A stretch of DNA of 64,000 bases, from NCBI GenBank assembly GCA_965248695.1, contig CBDFKD010000002.1, positions 256,001-320,000 of the forward strand, given 5' to 3'. Within the stretch, counting starts at the first letter, position 1, and each line of letters opens with the position of its first letter. This document shows positions 62,385 through 64,000 of this stretch, piece after piece. The position numbers were made by a program, and so were the translations under genes. The stretch comes from Acidobacteriota bacterium. GTDB taxonomy: Bacteria > Acidobacteriota > UBA890 > WLXD01. The notes under the pieces were generated by a model. The model was not told the DNA's origin and ran no database searches. It saw only the letters and a list, made by a program, of their open reading frames with translations.

Positions 62385-62473
62385 TCTGTTGTCCTCCATC
62401 TGTCGACTTGATACACCATTCTAAGTCAAGATGGTGTATACGGGGCCGATCACACCACCGGAGACATGAGACG

Positions 62474-63136
62474 GTGTCGAACCGCACGATTACCCTTACC
62501 GACGAGCTCTACGATTACCTGCTCGACGTGTCGCTGCGCGAGCACGATCTCCTCCGGCAGCTGCGTGAGGAGACCGCGTCGCACCCGCACGCCGTGATGC
62601 AGATCTCGCCTGAGCAGGGCCAGTTCATGGCTCTGCTGGCGCGCCTCATTGGAGCCCGACGGACCCTCGAGATCGGCGTGTTCACCGGCTACAGCTCGCT
62701 CGCCGTGGCTCTGGTACTGCCACCGGGCGGGCGGATCGTCGCCTGCGATATCAACGACGAGTACACGTCGGTGGCCCGACGCTACTGGAGGGAGGCCGGC
62801 GTCGCCCACAAGATCGATCTACGCCTCGGCCCCGCAATGGAAACGCTGGATGCGCTTATCGAGGACGGTCGGCAGGCAACTTTCGACATGGCGTTCATCG
62901 ACGCCGACAAGACCGAGTACGACGCCTACTACGAGCACGCGCTGACGCTAATCCGGCAGGGCGGCCTGATCGCCATCGACAACGTTCTCTGGAGCGGCAC
63001 CGTCGCCGACCCTGGCGACTCGGACCCCGAGGTCATGGCGCTTCGCGAGCTGAACATCAAGCTGCGCGACGACGAACGCGTCCATCTGAGCATGCTGCCG
63101 CTCGGCGACGGGCTGACGCTGGCGATGAAGCGCTGA
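62474..63136 (+). CDS. Class I SAM-dependent O-methyltransferase (caffeoyl-CoA OMT family)
   Basis: [28 protein letters not shown]. Confidence 0.9.
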   Translation: MSNRTITLTDELYDYLLDVSLREHDLLRQLREETASHPHAVMQISPEQGQFMALLARLIGARRTLEIGVFTGYSSLAVALVLPPGGRIVACDINDEYTSVARRYWREAGVAHKIDLRLGPAMETLDALIEDGRQATFDMAFIDADKTEYDAYYEHALTLIRQGGLIAIDNVLWSGTVADPGDSDPEVMALRELNIKLRDDERVHLSMLPLGDGLTLAMKR

Positions 63137-63361
63137 CAGGACGGTCGACTCCACTGCCGCGCCGTTTCCGTCGAACCCGCCGCGGTCGCGGTCAGGGTCC
63201 CTTGACAGTGGCCCCTATTGCCGAGATCCCGGACACCGAAGGCGTGCGTATCGACCTCGGCGAGATCGTCTGCAGGCTGGGGTCCTGACCGCATGACTAT
63301 TCGGTGTCTACGACCGAGATCTCATGAGTGATCTTGTTGGCCACACCGCGAGCTACCGGCA

Positions 63362-63763
63362 TTAGGGGCTCCAGATCGCAAGGGCCGTGTGCTGCGCGAT
63401 GCCGTCGAAGTCTCGGTCGGCGGTCAGCAACACTGCTTCGTGTCGGATGCACAGCTGCGCCAGCAGCGCGTCGATGGTGCCCACCTGAACTCCCTGACGG
63501 CGACAGTGATTACGGAGCCTCGCGGCGGCGATGTGGTCGTCTCGTTCCGGCGGCACGAACGGCAGCGCCGCGAACCGCCGCACGATGGCGCCTTCTGCGC
63601 TCGGGCCGTGGAAACCCTGCAATAGCTCCTGTAGCACCAGACCCGTGGTCAAGACCGTCTCGCGGGCGCGCAACGAGCGCGCCAGGTGGAAGACTTCGGG
63701 ACAGGGGTCGGCGTCCGTGCGCAGTGCCCGCGACCACACGCTGGTATCGACCAGCAGGCTCAC
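63362..63763 (-). CDS. vapC: VapC PIN-domain toxin
   Basis: LVDTSVWS, QELLQG, TIDALLA, LTADRDF. Confidence 0.9.
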   Translation of the reverse strand: MSLLVDTSVWSRALRTDADPCPEVFHLARSLRARETVLTTGLVLQELLQGFHGPSAEGAIVRRFAALPFVPPERDDHIAAARLRNHCRRQGVQVGTIDALLAQLCIRHEAVLLTADRDFDGIAQHTALAIWSP

Positions 63764-63960
63764 AAGCGATGGCGCTCGGTCTTGTAGTCGTAGTCGGCAT
63801 CCCATTGGAGGGTGCCGAACAGGTCCGCGATCCTCTCCTGCTGGTATCGCATGACGAACTCACGGAGCGCTCGGGTGACGGCGGCTTTCTTGGTGGTCTC
63901 GCCGCTCACGCGCAGCGCTTCGTTCACCAAGTCCTGATCGAGATCGAGGTTCGTGGCCAT
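63760..63960 (-). CDS. vapB: VapB antitoxin
   Basis: MATNLDLDQDLV.EA...TKKAAVT.AL; overlaps vapC. Confidence 0.9.
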   Translation of the reverse strand: MATNLDLDQDLVNEALRVSGETTKKAAVTRALREFVMRYQQERIADLFGTLQWDADYDYKTERHRL

Positions 63961-64000
63961 CGTGCTCCAGGCTCCAGACGGTGATCGTATCCTGTCTCTC

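Noticed and set aside
1-64000. tRNA (including tRNA-Sec) or rRNA genes
   Set aside because: No cloverleaf or rRNA-like sequence recognised by eye; a tRNAscan/Infernal run would be needed to exclude them

Overview
GC-rich bacterial DNA, probably Acidobacteriota (inferred from the PadR + ADOP permease pair, DUF1592/DUF1552/ankyrin cluster, VWA-related and sortilin-like proteins). Several one-base homopolymer indels suggest an imperfectly polished long-read assembly. Left to right the window holds: a NuoE/NuoF-like fusion, PadR-ADOP, a pentose/glycoside catabolic cluster with xylB-xylA, a cytochrome/PQQ-dehydrogenase cluster, an ABC-permease/M1-aminopeptidase fusion operon, and a selenocysteine formate dehydrogenase operon (fdnGHI-fdhE with in-frame UGA and SECIS). 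From about 36.3 to 47.5 kb lies a heavily rearranged accessory region (IS3, two IS256 types, HigBA with an IrrE-like domain, truncated tyrosine integrase, many gene fragments). Housekeeping-like genes, a reductive-dehalogenase-like operon and two vapBC pairs follow. The most unusual unexplained structures are in the island: a 37-aa Lys/Arg/Pro-rich ORF with a strong RBS enclosed by a 28-bp inverted repeat, and three ~67-bp direct repeats that sit just after gene ends and bracket cassette-like segments. All calls were made by eye; no database searches were run.
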